64,000 nt of DNA, taken from the NCBI GenBank assembly GCA_030704615.1, contig CM060733.1, positions 68,758,001 to 68,822,000 on the forward strand, read 5' to 3'. Below are positions 26,501 through 38,219 of the stretch, one piece after another. The stretch is from Takakia lepidozioides. Its lineage: Eukaryota > Plantae > Bryophyta. Made by a program: the position numbers and the translations under genes. The notes under the pieces were generated by a model. It had not been told where the DNA came from, did no database searches, and worked only from the letters and a program-made list of their open reading frames with translations. Position 1 is the stretch's first letter; every line of letters starts with the position of its first letter.

Positions 26501-28319
26501 CCCTCCTGGCAAACAAACAAAGGTCTTACAATATGTTCATACAGGGCTGTTTCAGCAACCAGTAGTCTGGATACTTTGCCCATTACACGTCTACATACTC
26601 TCTCTCTGCCTCCCTCTCTGGTCTTGACATAAATTTGTTCGGCTCTCTCAACTTACAACTACTAGTACAAGACAGCCTGCATAAGATTCCATTGGAAGCA
26701 TCCAACATGCAGAAATGCAACTGCCTGGATAAGTACCAGAGTCAACAAACGTCAAGTGAATTGCCTGCATGAAACCCCCCCTCCCCCCCCATTGACCTCT
26801 GTTTCTAAATAGACATGTTCTGAAAGCTTTAGAGTGGCATCAACATAGGTCCAGGTGCCTGTTCACCAGCTTTTCGACATAACAATGAACATTACACCCT
26901 CTGAAGACCTACAATGACAGTACACTTTCTATGCAGACTATTGAATCCTTGCCACGTCATCAACCCTGACAGATTTTGAGGACTGTCACCTCCTTGGCAA
27001 GACCACTGTATATATCAAGGTGAGAGCCTACTAAACTCAGAACTCACATTCGACAAAGTGACCTAAGTTAAAAGATAGGCACATCCGAGGTAAAGAAGAG
27101 CATTCGAGATATAAATGAAGGAACCGGGAGGAAAAGAAACAATAAAGAATGGAAACCAGAAAGAATGCTGTCATCACAGAAAGTCCCACTACTTGAGTGA
27201 GCCCCTCACAAAGGTAGGTGTCGGTAACCTAACTGTATTCTAGAGATATTTGCTGGCAAATCTGACAGATATAAGGACATCCTAACATACCGTTTTAATG
27301 AAGAAATTACTGTGGGATGTTTTGTCATCCCAGACTAACATCAGCACGCGCACTCCCTCAGCTGACTTCCTCTTCAAAAGCTCTCCCAGTGTCAAATCCC
27401 CACCCTCAGTGATTGGCCGGTTGGTGTCACGCATCAGCTTGATTTTGTGATAAATCGACCACCCCGCTATGTACACCAAGTGATGTGCCTCCAGGATTGC
27501 CGTGCAAAGCTCCTCCCAGCATTGTCGGTGGTGGAATTGATTCCCATTCTCTAGTCGAACCTCAGGTAGGCTGCCATCATAAACATGGCTATCTTGGTAA
27601 AGTGTAAGCTTACAGCCCTTCCGGAGAGGGAAATAAGTATTCGGGACTCCATAGAAGTCTCGCCCATTCCCAACCCCTCCTTTGTAGAGCGGATTTTTCT
27701 CCCGTGGCTGGTAGCTCATCTTGAGCCGCAAAGCTGCACCCTCATGGCAGAGCTTCCCTGAGGAATTTAACACCTCATACCAGCCCTCCACAATTTCTCC
27801 AACGATGAGCTTGTCAACAGGTACCCTGATGTCCCCAATATATTGGGCCCCTAGCATATCATTATCTTTGACTGTGATCACAATCTCGCTCACAAAATGG
27901 GCCACTGGGATTGCGAAGTGCTCATTCCATTTGGGATTTGCATCATTGTGGATAACACGAGTGCGAGCCACCCGGGCAGTCCCAAGGATAACTGACGCAT
28001 AAGGGTCACTGGTAATCACCCTGTTGTGGGTGCTATGCCCTTTCTCCTGCAGCTTGGTTTTTGCTTTCTGGGCTTTGGCCTTTGCTTTTTGGATTGGCTT
28101 GCTGCAGATTGTCAGATAGGAAAAGCATTGCCGAAATTTCTCTGATATCATGTCCATGTTTGGCAGGTGTACTGCCTCATATAGCCACACCTCTAGAGTC
28201 CCATGTAAGAGGACTTGCTCGGCGGAATGACCCCGAGCTGATTGCGATTCCAGTGGTATGTCAGTTAATTGTGAATCTGCTTGCACGGATTCTCCATTTA
28301 CACCTGGTTGATCGTCCAT
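15873..28319 (-). CDS. PLD: C2-domain phospholipase D (PLD delta-like), 10 coding exons: 28319-27291, 26505-26389, 26119-25925, 25584-25333, 24854-24786, 24023-23876, 17757-17609, 17297-17124, 16693-16496, 16169-15873
   Basis: C2 domain [20 protein letters not shown]...SDPYASV...ARTRVI. HKD1 [12 protein letters not shown]2 [38 protein letters not shown]-terminus LPDGLTT. All junctions are GT-AG and keep the reading frame. Confidence 0.95.
18280..18670 (+). repeat. Short dispersed repeat aatgtactcataagac...gtagccttgtggcc (copies near 18280, 18552, 18629 and 23571)
   Basis: Four near-identical copies flank the intronic LINE, mostly preceded by GA-rich sequence. Confidence 0.7.
18640..23520 (-). 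mobile_element. Rearranged non-LTR retrotransposon (LINE) in PLD intron 6: two tandem APE-endonuclease copies, an RT fragment and an inverted C-terminal Zn-finger piece
   Basis: APE motifs [35 protein letters not shown], present twice (about 21950-23150 and 20330-21650). RT start [35 protein letters not shown]...[23 protein letters not shown] on the + strand at 18847-19545. Confidence 0.88.
23524..23558 (+). repeat. (GA)n microsatellite at the LINE boundary; a shorter (GA)n lies at 18613-18628
   Basis: Direct reading of agagag runs. Confidence 0.95.
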
Positions 28320-28864
28320 TCCAGGATTAGAAGTGATAGAAGATAACCAGGAGTGAACAAATGGAGAAGTTGACACTCTTCCAGGAGAATTTGAGCAAAC
28401 TTTTGAGTCTATTTGACCCCTAAGCCCACTTCATCGGTTCTCCCTTGAAAGAACAACATTCGTTTCCATGCTCTCCCCACAGTCCGTTTCTTCACCAACT
28501 TCAGTTACTTGTGAAGTGCTTGGGTACTTTTAAGTCATCACACAGAAGGGAATGGACACCAAAGCAGAGGCTAGTATTCGAGAAATTACAATCCCAACAA
28601 GCACCCTCATCGGGTAAAGCTGAGACTGGGTGATTGCTTGCTGAATCGGGTCAAGATGAGATGCAATATGATATGTCTAGGCCAGGATGAGGCAAGCGCG
28701 CTTTCATAAGGACAAGTGTTCACTGGTAGGTCTCTGATACGCTCCACAAATCAAAACAGAGTGCTGCACGACGTATGAGGCTCAACACCGATGCAACACT
28801 ACAAAGCCAGACGTTCCATTTTCTCTCATGTGTCCTAATGTTCAGTCAATAAAGAACGCTGACC

Positions 28865-29242
28865 TGAGTGCAACCGGGATGGAAACCCGGAGCTTCCAAA
28901 CGACTGCATGAAATTGGAGCCTGAGGGGACACCAACTTCAGGAGGATAGCGACCATTTCCGGGCTCGTTCTCTGCTGATGAAGCTTCTGTGTCTTTCTGT
29001 GTCTCGGGAGGAGAATATGCAGACCCGTCGGCAACTTGATGAAAAGTATCATTAGAAGGTCCAGGATGACCCGGATTTCCTCGAGAACTTTTTTCGGAGG
29101 ACTGTACCTGGCTTTGATGGTGAGGAACGAGGACTTTCTGCTCTGGGGCTAGGGACCCTGGCAAAGAAGAACCGGAAAGACTTGAAGATGTAGAATATGA
29201 CCGGGGAGGACCCTCTACTGGCGTCTTCTCCCCCCCCCCCAT
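28865..29242 (-). CDS. Possible upstream exon of the PLD gene (Ser/Pro-rich N-terminal extension)
   Basis: ORF MGGGEKTPVEGPPRSYSTSSS... on the same strand ends near a plausible donor (CAG|GTCAGC at 28864). The reading frame upstream of ATG 28319 is open back to 28376. No transcript evidence. Confidence 0.35.
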
Positions 29243-30016
29243 CCTTCATCTTCCTGGCCTACTCCGTTCCCATTTCCCGGGGGTTCATTCCACTCACCTT
29301 TCCCTGGCATCCTCGCAATGAGGCAATACGCACACTAGTTCTGAAAACTCTATTTTGCTGTATGACTTCGCAACCTGGACGTTGAACCAGTCCAGAAGAC
29401 AAAAGAGTGAGATTTTTAGTTCAACCAGAGTAATGCAAAAAGAGTCTGAACTGGGTGGGGGGGAAAACGTACAGACGTTCGCCCATCTAAAGCTTTACAC
29501 ATACTTGAGCTATTCAATCTGGAGTAAGCTAGAATCAAGATCCAAGAGAGTTGCGAGAAAATTTCTGGGAGGTGTGAGAGAATCAGAAAGTGAGGGAAGG
29601 AGATACAAATAGCGCCGGGCCGAGCTCAGGGATGCCAATGTTGTAGTATTGTAGCCCTCTGTTTGACCGGCTTACAGGTTACAGACCTTACAACCTCTGT
29701 ACAAGTCTGCCGCAACTTTCACCCCCTCCTGCCAACGCAACGAAGTTCATGGGCTTCATCAAACGTTCGATAATGCGAGACCAGAGCACCCCCGCGCTGC
29801 TACTTATTCACACTTCACCCGTCATCTAATCGCAGCAGGCTGGTATCTGGACACCTGCCAACCACTCAACCGGCTGGAGCAGAGTATATTTTAGACAGCA
29901 GCAACCAGCAATAATAATATTTGATGCCTCCGGAAGGAAGAAGCGTAAATTATGGTGTCTCTTCTTCAGCCCAAAGGGTTACTGCCTTCCGTTAGGAAGA
30001 CGGACACCTTTGTGAC

Positions 30017-30090
30017 ACCAAGGGTGGATTGAACCCACAAAACCACTTCCAAGGTGGTATGTGCCCATTACCACTGGGCTACAACTTGGT
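30017..30090 (-). pseudogene. tRNA-like sequence (Pro-TGG-like pseudo-tRNA or SINE head)
   Basis: Minus strand: A box TAGCCCAGTGGTAA, anticodon stem-loop ACCAC-CTTGGAA-GTGGT, B box GGTTCAATCC, terminal ACCAAG/CTTGGT pairing. The T-stem is imperfect. Confidence 0.45.
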
Positions 30091-30706
30091 TGTCAACAAC
30101 CAGTTCACATAGCATAGCTATCTACAGTAGAGGTCACTCTATTCCGACTTTAATTAATTCACTAGGGCTTCGCGTTGCTCCGCACTACTAGCTACGAATT
30201 CTGAGAACTAAGTTCAATTTTTCACAAAAAAAGGGTGGGTCATCCCCACGGTGTTATATGCAGAGATCCCGTGTTCTGCATTTCAATGTTCAATTTTCAC
30301 AAGCCGCATCAATCAATAACAACATACCCAAATACCCTTATATTCACTATATGAACTTTCAAGCGTCCACCATGGGATTGGATCTTGGTGGGTTAAGGTT
30401 AGCTTTTGACAATATTCATGCAAGTTCGTCAAGGGCTCCACCCAAACGAGAAACAAACAAACACGTCCAAATTTAAGATGCTGAACAAACTTGTGCACAG
30501 GACTGCCCCTCTCATCAAGCTCATTAAAATTCGTATTCACTTCCATCTTCAAGCTTTGGAGAAGCTCCACCACCCAAACCCAGAATTAGGACAGCACTCT
30601 GATTTCATCCACTGTCACCAGAATCAGTCAAAAAATCATCCCTTCAGTCAAGTGCAATTGTGGGCTGACTTCCACCTATGCTAGGTAGACCCCTATTTCA
30701 GGAAAT

Positions 30707-30850
30707 TGTGGATGGTCTTAGTAGCTACACAGATCAATGAATGAAGCAAGACACTTGCATCTTGCACTTAACAGTACATGATGGTCAGTACTCTCAGAAA
30801 ATGGTGGATGGTCTGAGTAGCTACACAGATCAATGAATGAAGCAAGACAC
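30707..30850 (+). repeat. ~50-bp direct duplication
   Basis: gtggatggtct(t/g)agtagctacacagatcaatgaatgaagcaagacact occurs near 30708 and near 30804. Confidence 0.85.
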
Positions 30851-30876
30851 TAGCATCTTTTAAAGAAAACATCGTT

Positions 30877-31129
30877 TCACCAGTAATCACCACAAGAACA
30901 AATCTCGTCTTCAAAGTGGTGGAAAGTAGTTAGCGTCCCATACAACAATCGCTCGGCCAACAATCTTTGAGATGAATTTGGTGGAGGTGTGGCAGTCTCC
31001 ACACACTCGAAGATTCTTGATGAGTCGTGCTGATCAATCCAAAACCAATGGCCAGCTTCTTTCCTCCACATCATGCAATAAAAAGTGTGCGTCAGGCACA
31101 TACCCCGCCTCCTTCATCTGCCCAGACGA
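30877..31129 (-). pseudogene. PPR DYW (cytidine deaminase) domain remnant
   Basis: Frameshifted reading: GQMKEAGYVPD...LHDVEE...[56 protein letters not shown]. Truncated at 31129. Confidence 0.9.
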
Positions 31130-32340
31130 GGGTAGCTATCGTGTGAGCAGCTCACGTGAGCACGCTCACGCTTAAAGTGGAAAACGTGAGCAGAATCCCT
31201 TAAGCGTGAGCAAATTCCAAGCGTGAGCAGATTAATGAATGAGAGCCTACAACTGAGGGAAGAAGAGGGCCTATTGCCGTGGACAAAAATTACAATGCAT
31301 GGACGCATGCACACCTGGTGAACCCAAGTCTCAATGCACGCACTGTGGAATGAGTGTGCACAGGTTGTCACCGTGCGCATACATTCTCCAGCTTGGACAC
31401 ATTGGAGGCAGATACTACACGACTCTATTGCGTGTGCTTCCGGCGGCACAACAAACTCCAGAGCTTCTATATTGAAGACCTCCATGGAAGCAGCAATCCA
31501 ATGCAATTCGTCCTCCCCGACAATGTCCAGTTCCTCAAAGGCATGCATATGATCATACTCTGCACCTGCATCTTTGTCCTTGGATGCTTCTTCCGACGAG
31601 TCCGAATCCATAAAAACCCACTAGGAAACTCCATTTGCCGAAAATGCAATGCTATCGCCGATGGCTTCGTCGAAATGCGAAAAACAAAGCAACTGAGGGG
31701 ACTGAGGCCTGTCCTCGTCAGATTCCACCGGTGCGCTGCTAGTTTCCCCTGCAGCATTGTCCGTCTTCGGAGCCGCACCATCGTTGGGAATTTCCCGTTG
31801 CCCAGGGGGCGGAGGTCTTTCGCTGTCCGATTGCTGCACGGGATCATTGTTGGTTCCTACATCATTGTCCATAGTGGAGGGTCACCACTGTTTGTAAATG
31901 CCCGAAATGGTGTAGTCTGTCCCGACTTCACCTTCACCACCAAAGCAAATGGTCGAAGGGAATGAAAAACCACACGTGCCTTTAATCTCCACGTCATGGC
32001 TTTTCTACCGGGCCACCGCTCGTTCAAAAAATGGTTTTTTATTCATATGACTGCCTATTCCCGCGGCCCAATTCCCCACGACCTATTTCCGCGATGGGAA
32101 TTCCGGCGTCCTATAATCGGCACCGACTATATAGGTTCGGCAACTGCCGAACCTATCATATCGAATCCGAACCTAACATTTACCCAGCAGTATGTTCACG
32201 CACAAGCACTTTTTGGCATGAAAAGCCGGCGAATTGTGCATTTTTTAAGTCCAAAATTAGGGAATATTCTCTGAAATGTGCTCTGCTCATGCTAAATTCC
32301 GCTCATGCTCATGCTCACCGCTCATGCAACATCCGCACCC
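31130..32340. mobile_element. Non-autonomous Mutator-like element (Pack-MULE-like) carrying a RING-H2 fragment
   Basis: Left end GGGTAGCTATCGTGTGAGC with CGTGAGC repeats. Right end reads GGGTGCGGATGTTGCATGAGCGG with CATGAGC repeats on the minus strand. Near-match flanks agacga/acacga. It abuts the DYW truncation point. Confidence 0.55.
31315..31872 (-). pseudogene. RING-H2 E3 ligase-like fragment
   Basis: CSICLQCVQAGECMRTVTTCAHSFHSACIETWVHQ followed by a GT donor. In-frame stop at 31621-31623 joins ORFs 31621-31872 and 31114-31611. The final CxxC pair is missing. Confidence 0.8.
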
Positions 32341-32684
32341 ACACGACTCTTGTCGTATGTCTAACAACTAGCATGGTACATGGGTGTGTACTTTGCATGA
32401 GCGGTGAGCATGAGCATGAGCACAGATAAGCATGAGCAGAGCTATTTTGCGGGAGTATTCCTTGAATTTTGGCTTTCTTGGCGTAATTTCCAATCCTTTT
32501 CAAGTCGAAAACGGGTAGGTGCTCCATCACTATATGCCCCATACCCTAGGTTCGGTTCTGAAAAAGGTAGGTTCGGGAGTTGCCGAACCTACATAGTCGG
32601 TGCTGATTATAGGCCATGAGAGAGGTATGGAGGAACATAGCCACGGGAATAGGGGCGCGGGAATAAGGCCGCGGGAATAGGTAC
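32052..32684. repeat. ~290-bp-arm imperfect inverted repeat formed by two back-to-back element termini
   Basis: cctattcccgcggcc / ggccgcgggaatagg, cctataatcggcaccgactatataggttcggcaact / agttgccgaacctacatagtcggtgctgattatagg, and gctcatgctcatgctcaccgctcatgcaa / ttgcatgagcggtgagcatgagcatgagc flank a 41-bp spacer (32341-32381). Confidence 0.85.
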
Positions 32685-34531
32685 CGTTATCAACCTAATC
32701 ATGCAATTCATGCAAGCCCTGCCCTCTAGTAATTATGAATAGATAGTAAAAATATGCAAGATCACACAGTGTTTATTAATAAAATAGGATTTGAGTCTTG
32801 AAGCACCCGGGTGGCACGCAAGATAATATCCTCATTTATGGCATGCACAAGAAGTTGAACTCGAGACCAAAGAAGTGTGATGCGCGCAGAGCGCAGAGCT
32901 GGTTCTCCTCAAGGCATGACGGCCATCTATGATGTTCATGCTAGTTTAGGCCACTGCTAAAATGTCGGGTTGCCTTTACTACTGGGTACAGTGCCCTCCC
33001 AGGGTGGTAGTCTTGCTGGCGATTTTGCTATCTCTAGTAGCTAGTAGGTGTTATGGCAGAGGTAGGTGAAAGTTTCTAAGTCCTCATGGGCTGGGGTGGT
33101 GGCGGTTCTTGGAGATACATTCTTGGTCCTTCTGGTGCAAGCGACTCCGGATGGCAACATCAAATTTCAAAAAAACACTTGTGAATTGAAACTATCGCAA
33201 TTTGAAAATCTTGGTTTTAACAGTCAATAATAGACAGTCAAGATTGTCAGTTGAAGCAAATCCAATGTTTGAGGATTTGCCACATCATCCTTTATGTACT
33301 CTTTATGTATTTGTGATGTGCCACTTTTGGTCCACTCTAGCTTGCAAAGCTCAACAGCGAATCTTGTGCAGCTCCCCCCAACGGCGTCAGCTCCACCCCC
33401 ATCTCCCTCTCTTTGTCCTGCATTCTTTGCCTTGTAATCATACACACTCAGTAGGGCACATCCTAAATGTGTCTCCCAGCCACAGGTCAATTGACTGCCA
33501 TGCCCCATAGCTTTTGGAAAAAAAGATATGTCGAGTAGGATTAGTTGGGATATATATGTTGTACAATACATATTTGTAATGTGGACTAGACAGAGTGTCG
33601 GAGCGTATGCATGTTGCTAGGATATTGAGATGGAGAGAAGATGAGGTATCAAGGTCCTCAGGTAGTAAGTAGTCAAGAGTAATTTGGATGAGAGAGCTAT
33701 ATTGTATTGATTCCCAGTCATTTGGTAGGTAGCGAGTACGTATTCCAATAGGCACACCTATCAGGCACCATGTTCATACCACACAGTTGAATAACATCAG
33801 AAGGGCTCTCGCCCCCCCTATCATCAAAAGGGTACCATTATTATGGCCCCCCCAGGTCTTACTATACTATCCATCCCATGTTGACCGGCTAGCTTTGCCA
33901 ATACCCCCCCACTTACACCCTTCCCTCAATCCCCCACATCCCCCCCAACCCTTCAACAACACTGCCACCAGCTATCCTCCCACAACCACCCGGGTCAAAG
34001 TTGTATATGACAAAGACACGACCTGCACCCACAAATCATTTTCCTCTTCGTACAAACTGATTGCTAACACCCACGACCCACCTGCCATGCGCAAACCCAT
34101 GCCACATTAGTCCTCCCATGACACACTCGAAACCATGCATACAACATATACACAACCTCAACATTCCCAACTTAATCCCAATCCCTTCCCTACCCCTCAA
34201 ATCCCGCAATCAAGGTATACTTTGTTCTGCCCTTATCTTTTCACTTCCAACCATTCCAAAATACCTCTTCATGCACCAACCACCCGATCTATTTAACATC
34301 CTCCCAATAGCTCTCAAATCCACCATTACCCCTTGCATCGTCTTACTCTTCACCAACCAACCACCACTTAGTCAGGACCATCCCTGCATAACACCCCAAT
34401 TCATCAGCAGCCAGTGTACTCCCTCCCAGACTCATAAACCCACTTCACATGACATATGGTCATTGCATCCCCACTCCCCTCCATCGCACAAACACCGTCT
34501 GGCCTGATAAACGCCCGTGTTGGCACTCCTT

Positions 34532-34640
34532 GGGGGCTGCTATTTCATGAGCGGCATGAGCATGAGCGGGAAAAAAAAAAGCATGAACAAACCATTGTGT
34601 GTCCACGGAAATAGGGTTAGGAGGCATGGAAATAGGGTCA
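34532..34640 (+). repeat. Putative terminal (TIR) sequence of the transposon family
   Basis: The first 21 nt are identical to 63233-63253, followed by CATGAGC repeats and GGAAATAGGG/GGGAATAGGG motifs also seen at 63233-63365 and 32382-32684. Confidence 0.7.
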
Positions 34641-34771
34641 TGTGAAGTTGGAATGTGGCACCAGTGGACTCGTCATAGCAATGAAATGCAACATTTTATT
34701 GCAAATTTTGTGGCAAGCCACATCTATACAAGTGTGTCCTAACTGTCATAGCCGGAATGAGCACTACTCTC

Positions 34772-37700
34772 TTACACCCTCCGAGGAACTTGCCCCACCT
34801 TCCTCCTCATCCCCCTCATCCCCCCATCCTCCGAGCTCTGTGATGCATCAGTTCCACTATGCCTCTCAAAAATTCCGTCCTCTCCTTGGGGGACTGTCCA
34901 CCTCACCTCCTGGGAATCTTCTGCCTCTTCTCCCCCACTTTCCTCAGCAGAATCCAAGACAAATCTACGAGCCTGACGGGCTCTAATAGCTGCTGCCTCC
35001 TCCCTCATCTTCATTTTGTTGAGGTTGCCTCGTCTAAAATCTGCTATACACGACTAGGTTCGGAAGACCTCCTAATGGACACCGAAGCAAGCCGGGCAAC
35101 ATAAGTAGGAAGGATGTAGTCCCTTTCTAGACTCGACATGAAATCCCCCCTGGCAAAAAAAGGCGCGTTCCTCCTGCCCATGAACTGCGGTGTAGACGTC
35201 CCTCCTGCAGTACTTGGCATCCTGCAGTAAGAACAAATCCACTTTAAGAATGTCAATACCAGCAGAAGCCAAAAAGGGTCTTTCAATGAAATAAGAGAAC
35301 GAAGGGAGGTGCCTCACGAAATCAGGAGGCAACTTACAATGCGACCACTCACTCGTAAACCGGGGGCTCCTCGGCCTCGATCCCAACTTGTACCTCCCCC
35401 TGCTCCTTATCGAATTCTTCCTCATCCTCCGAGGATGCCTCTTCCTCTTTCGGTAGACGTTCAGCCGCTACAAGTTCAGAGTTGTGGAGGGCAATATCTG
35501 GCTCGAAGGCGAAGACATGCCTGTCGGACAACGTCCCTGCCCACATTGAAGCACCTGAGGGACAAAGCGGGTGGTTAGTAGCATGCGGCATGCAATTGCA
35601 ATCGGGCCAGGGGACAAAATGTGCACGTGAAGGCTTACCCGTGCCGCATGTGAGGTCAAGAATCCGCCATTGGACATCCGAGCACGTCTCCATGAGGGTT
35701 TGGATGAAAGCAGGGCTCCGGGTCCGACTGTACCGCCACGGTTTGCCTGGCTTTGTGTCCTTCGGCATACTGGATTGGGGCACATAGTTGTAGAGGACAT
35801 CGTAGGTAACAGGGTCCACAGCGGCATCAACAAGACGACCGTCATTGCGGAATTTGAACGTAGACCCTCTCTTCACAAAACAATATGCCTCAAACACTAA
35901 TGTCTGCACATCCAACAAAAGAGGGATCCACTCCAGGGTCTAGTTTAGATACACCACAATATGAAGTGAATGCAATAGATTGATAAGTTACACTCTGGCC
36001 CTCTGTTCGCAACCCCTGCATATTGATGCAGAACCATTTTTTGAGGAGGACCGGGGTGACACTTTTCGGTGTCCACCTTGCCACAACATTCTCTGTGGTC
36101 TTCCCTCTTGTGGCAAGGACCACCATACATCCACCGTCATCCAGGAGCATCCCCGCCAGCCCAAACCCGGCTCTCCAGTAGTCCTCCATAAACCTATTCC
36201 AGGTGGGCACACCCTCCAGGCCCTCCAGCAGCTCCCCATCTGGAATATCAAGGAGAATCATATCGCAGGCTCTCTCCACCTCACACTCCCCCCCCCCCCG
36301 AGTGCTCTTGCAATCCGTACTCATAGCCGTGAAGAATTCCATCATGGCTTCCAAACCAGGGGTGTCTTTAGGCTCTGTAGCAGCAGCCCTCTTCTGGGCT
36401 TTCCCCTTCAGCTCCTCCAGAGACTTGCTGTGTGCCACCTTCTTCGCCCTGGCAGCCAGAGCGTCAAGGAAGCTCTCATTGACGCATTGGATGATAGTTG
36501 GGGATTCTAGCTTTGGCCTCTGTGGAAACGACACCGCCGAATACTGCCGTGTAGGCTCGCCCTCAAATGCCAACTTCTTGGCAGAGCCAGTCCCAGTCCG
36601 AACTGACTTGGGAACCCGGACGACCGGTGACTTGGTAGCAGCAGCAGCAGTCGCAGGACCTTGCACAAAGTCGTCGTCGGAGTCACTCCCTTGGGGCCCC
36701 TCCCGCGCCTCCTCTAGTGCCCCGGTGGTTTTCTGTTTTTTGGGGGTTACTTTACTCCCCTATTTCCGTGTCCTTTTCATTTGTCCTTTATTCTTCTCAT
36801 TCAATTTCTCCTGAATACCTGCCTGAGCAAGCTCTGCCACTTTCCTGGACTTGGCAAGCGCTTTCGCCTCCTTTGGACCAAGCGGAGGCAGCGGAGCCCG
36901 GTTTCGTCGGGCCTCCGCATCCAGCTTCAATTGGAACTCGGATAAGTTGAGCGAGCCGGGCGGAAGGTCCACATACCAAGGGCAGTCGCGCAAATGCTCC
37001 AGATGCCACTCCTTCACGATAACGTCAGTGTACATGGAGTCAGCTCCAGGGTTCCTCCATGCGAGGAAGAATGGCGGCTCAAAGGACAGATGACCTTTCT
37101 CCAACAGGGAGAACTTACAGTACCTGCATTCAAAAAACACAGACAGAATCACATCCATTTTTCCAGGCTGGGTCCGAAAATGGCTAAGTCCCAGATCTGA
37201 CTAGGCCCGGAACTGGAAAAATGGCGCCAAATTTCCAGAATATGTGCCATCCGCCCCAGGGACTTAGCCATTTTTGGACCCTGTACTGGAAAAATGGCGC
37301 CATATTTCCAGTACAGGGTCCGAAAATGGCTAAGTCCCAGAAATGACTGGGCCCGGAACTGGAAAAATGGCGCAGAATTTCCAGAATATGTGCCATCCGC
37401 CCCAGGGACTTAGCCATTTTCGGACCGTTTACTGGAAATATGGCGCCATTTTTCCAGTACAGGGTCCGAAGATGGCTAAGTCCCAGAAATGACTGGGCCC
37501 GGAACTGGAAAAATGGAACTGAATTTCCAGAATATGTGCCATCCGCCCCAGGGACTTAGCCATTTTTCCAGTACAGGGTCCGAAAATGGCTAAGTCCCAG
37601 AACTGACTGGGCCCGGAACTAGAAAAATGGCGCCGAATTTCCACACTGTGCCAGCCACCCCCGGGGCTTAGCCATCCGCCCCATGGCCGGAAACAGGAAA

Positions 37701-37967
37701 TTCGGCGTCATTTTTCTAGGGGCTTCACAACTAATTTTCATGCGCCACATAAGGCAACTTACATCCTGGAAATGTAGGGACTACAATGGCCACGGATCAA
37801 AGAAAGGCAACGCGTATGTACCTGTACAGAAGGCGCGTTGCCGCTTTGTCACCGTTCGGCTGGTCGGCATTGCCGCATTGCCACCCGTAGTACAAAGGCT
37901 TTAGTTTGCGACGCGATTTGGATGTGGGGTTTCTCTCAGGAGAGCCACGCCCTTCTCCATGCGGCAT
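34772..37967 (-). pseudogene. ParB-MTase cargo gene, copy B: 5' peptide and methyltransferase exons kept, ParB exons missing
   Basis: 5' peptide MPHGEGRGSPER...RRKLKPLYYG (ATG 37967). Exon from 37123 YCKFSLL...EPPFFLAW...CPWYVDL. CDMILLDIPDG (36235-36267). RYSRTRSPAFIQTLMETC...ILDLTCGT|GASMWAGTLSDRHVFAFEPD. Intron positions match copy A. Confidence 0.75.
37160..37700. repeat. ~130-bp tandem units with nested inverted repeats and GGAAAAATGGCGCCAnnTTTCC cores
   Basis: About 4 copies of ggtccgaaaatggctaagtccc...gggacttagccatttt, each with ctggaaaaatggcgcc...tttccag. Confidence 0.9.
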
Positions 37968-38219
37968 AAGTCTGAGTAAGAGAAAAAATCTCCCGCAGAA
38001 TGCGTGCGTACATGCCTCGAATGGAACTTCATCCACCCGTCACATCAGGTGTCGAAGGCATATCCGGGAAGCAAGCGCGAAATCTGTGTGGAACGTCCGG
38101 TTCAAAACAGACGGCGGAGGACATTTAATGCGCAATTGCGCCCTTAAATCTAGGTATGGAGGTCGCCCACAGGCGCCACCTGGCCCACCCTCCCCTCGAG
38201 ACTTCATCAACAGCCCGCT

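Noticed and set aside
33500-34500. C-rich, strand-biased stretch that may be a decayed LINE 3' region
   Set aside because: No convincing protein motif could be read.
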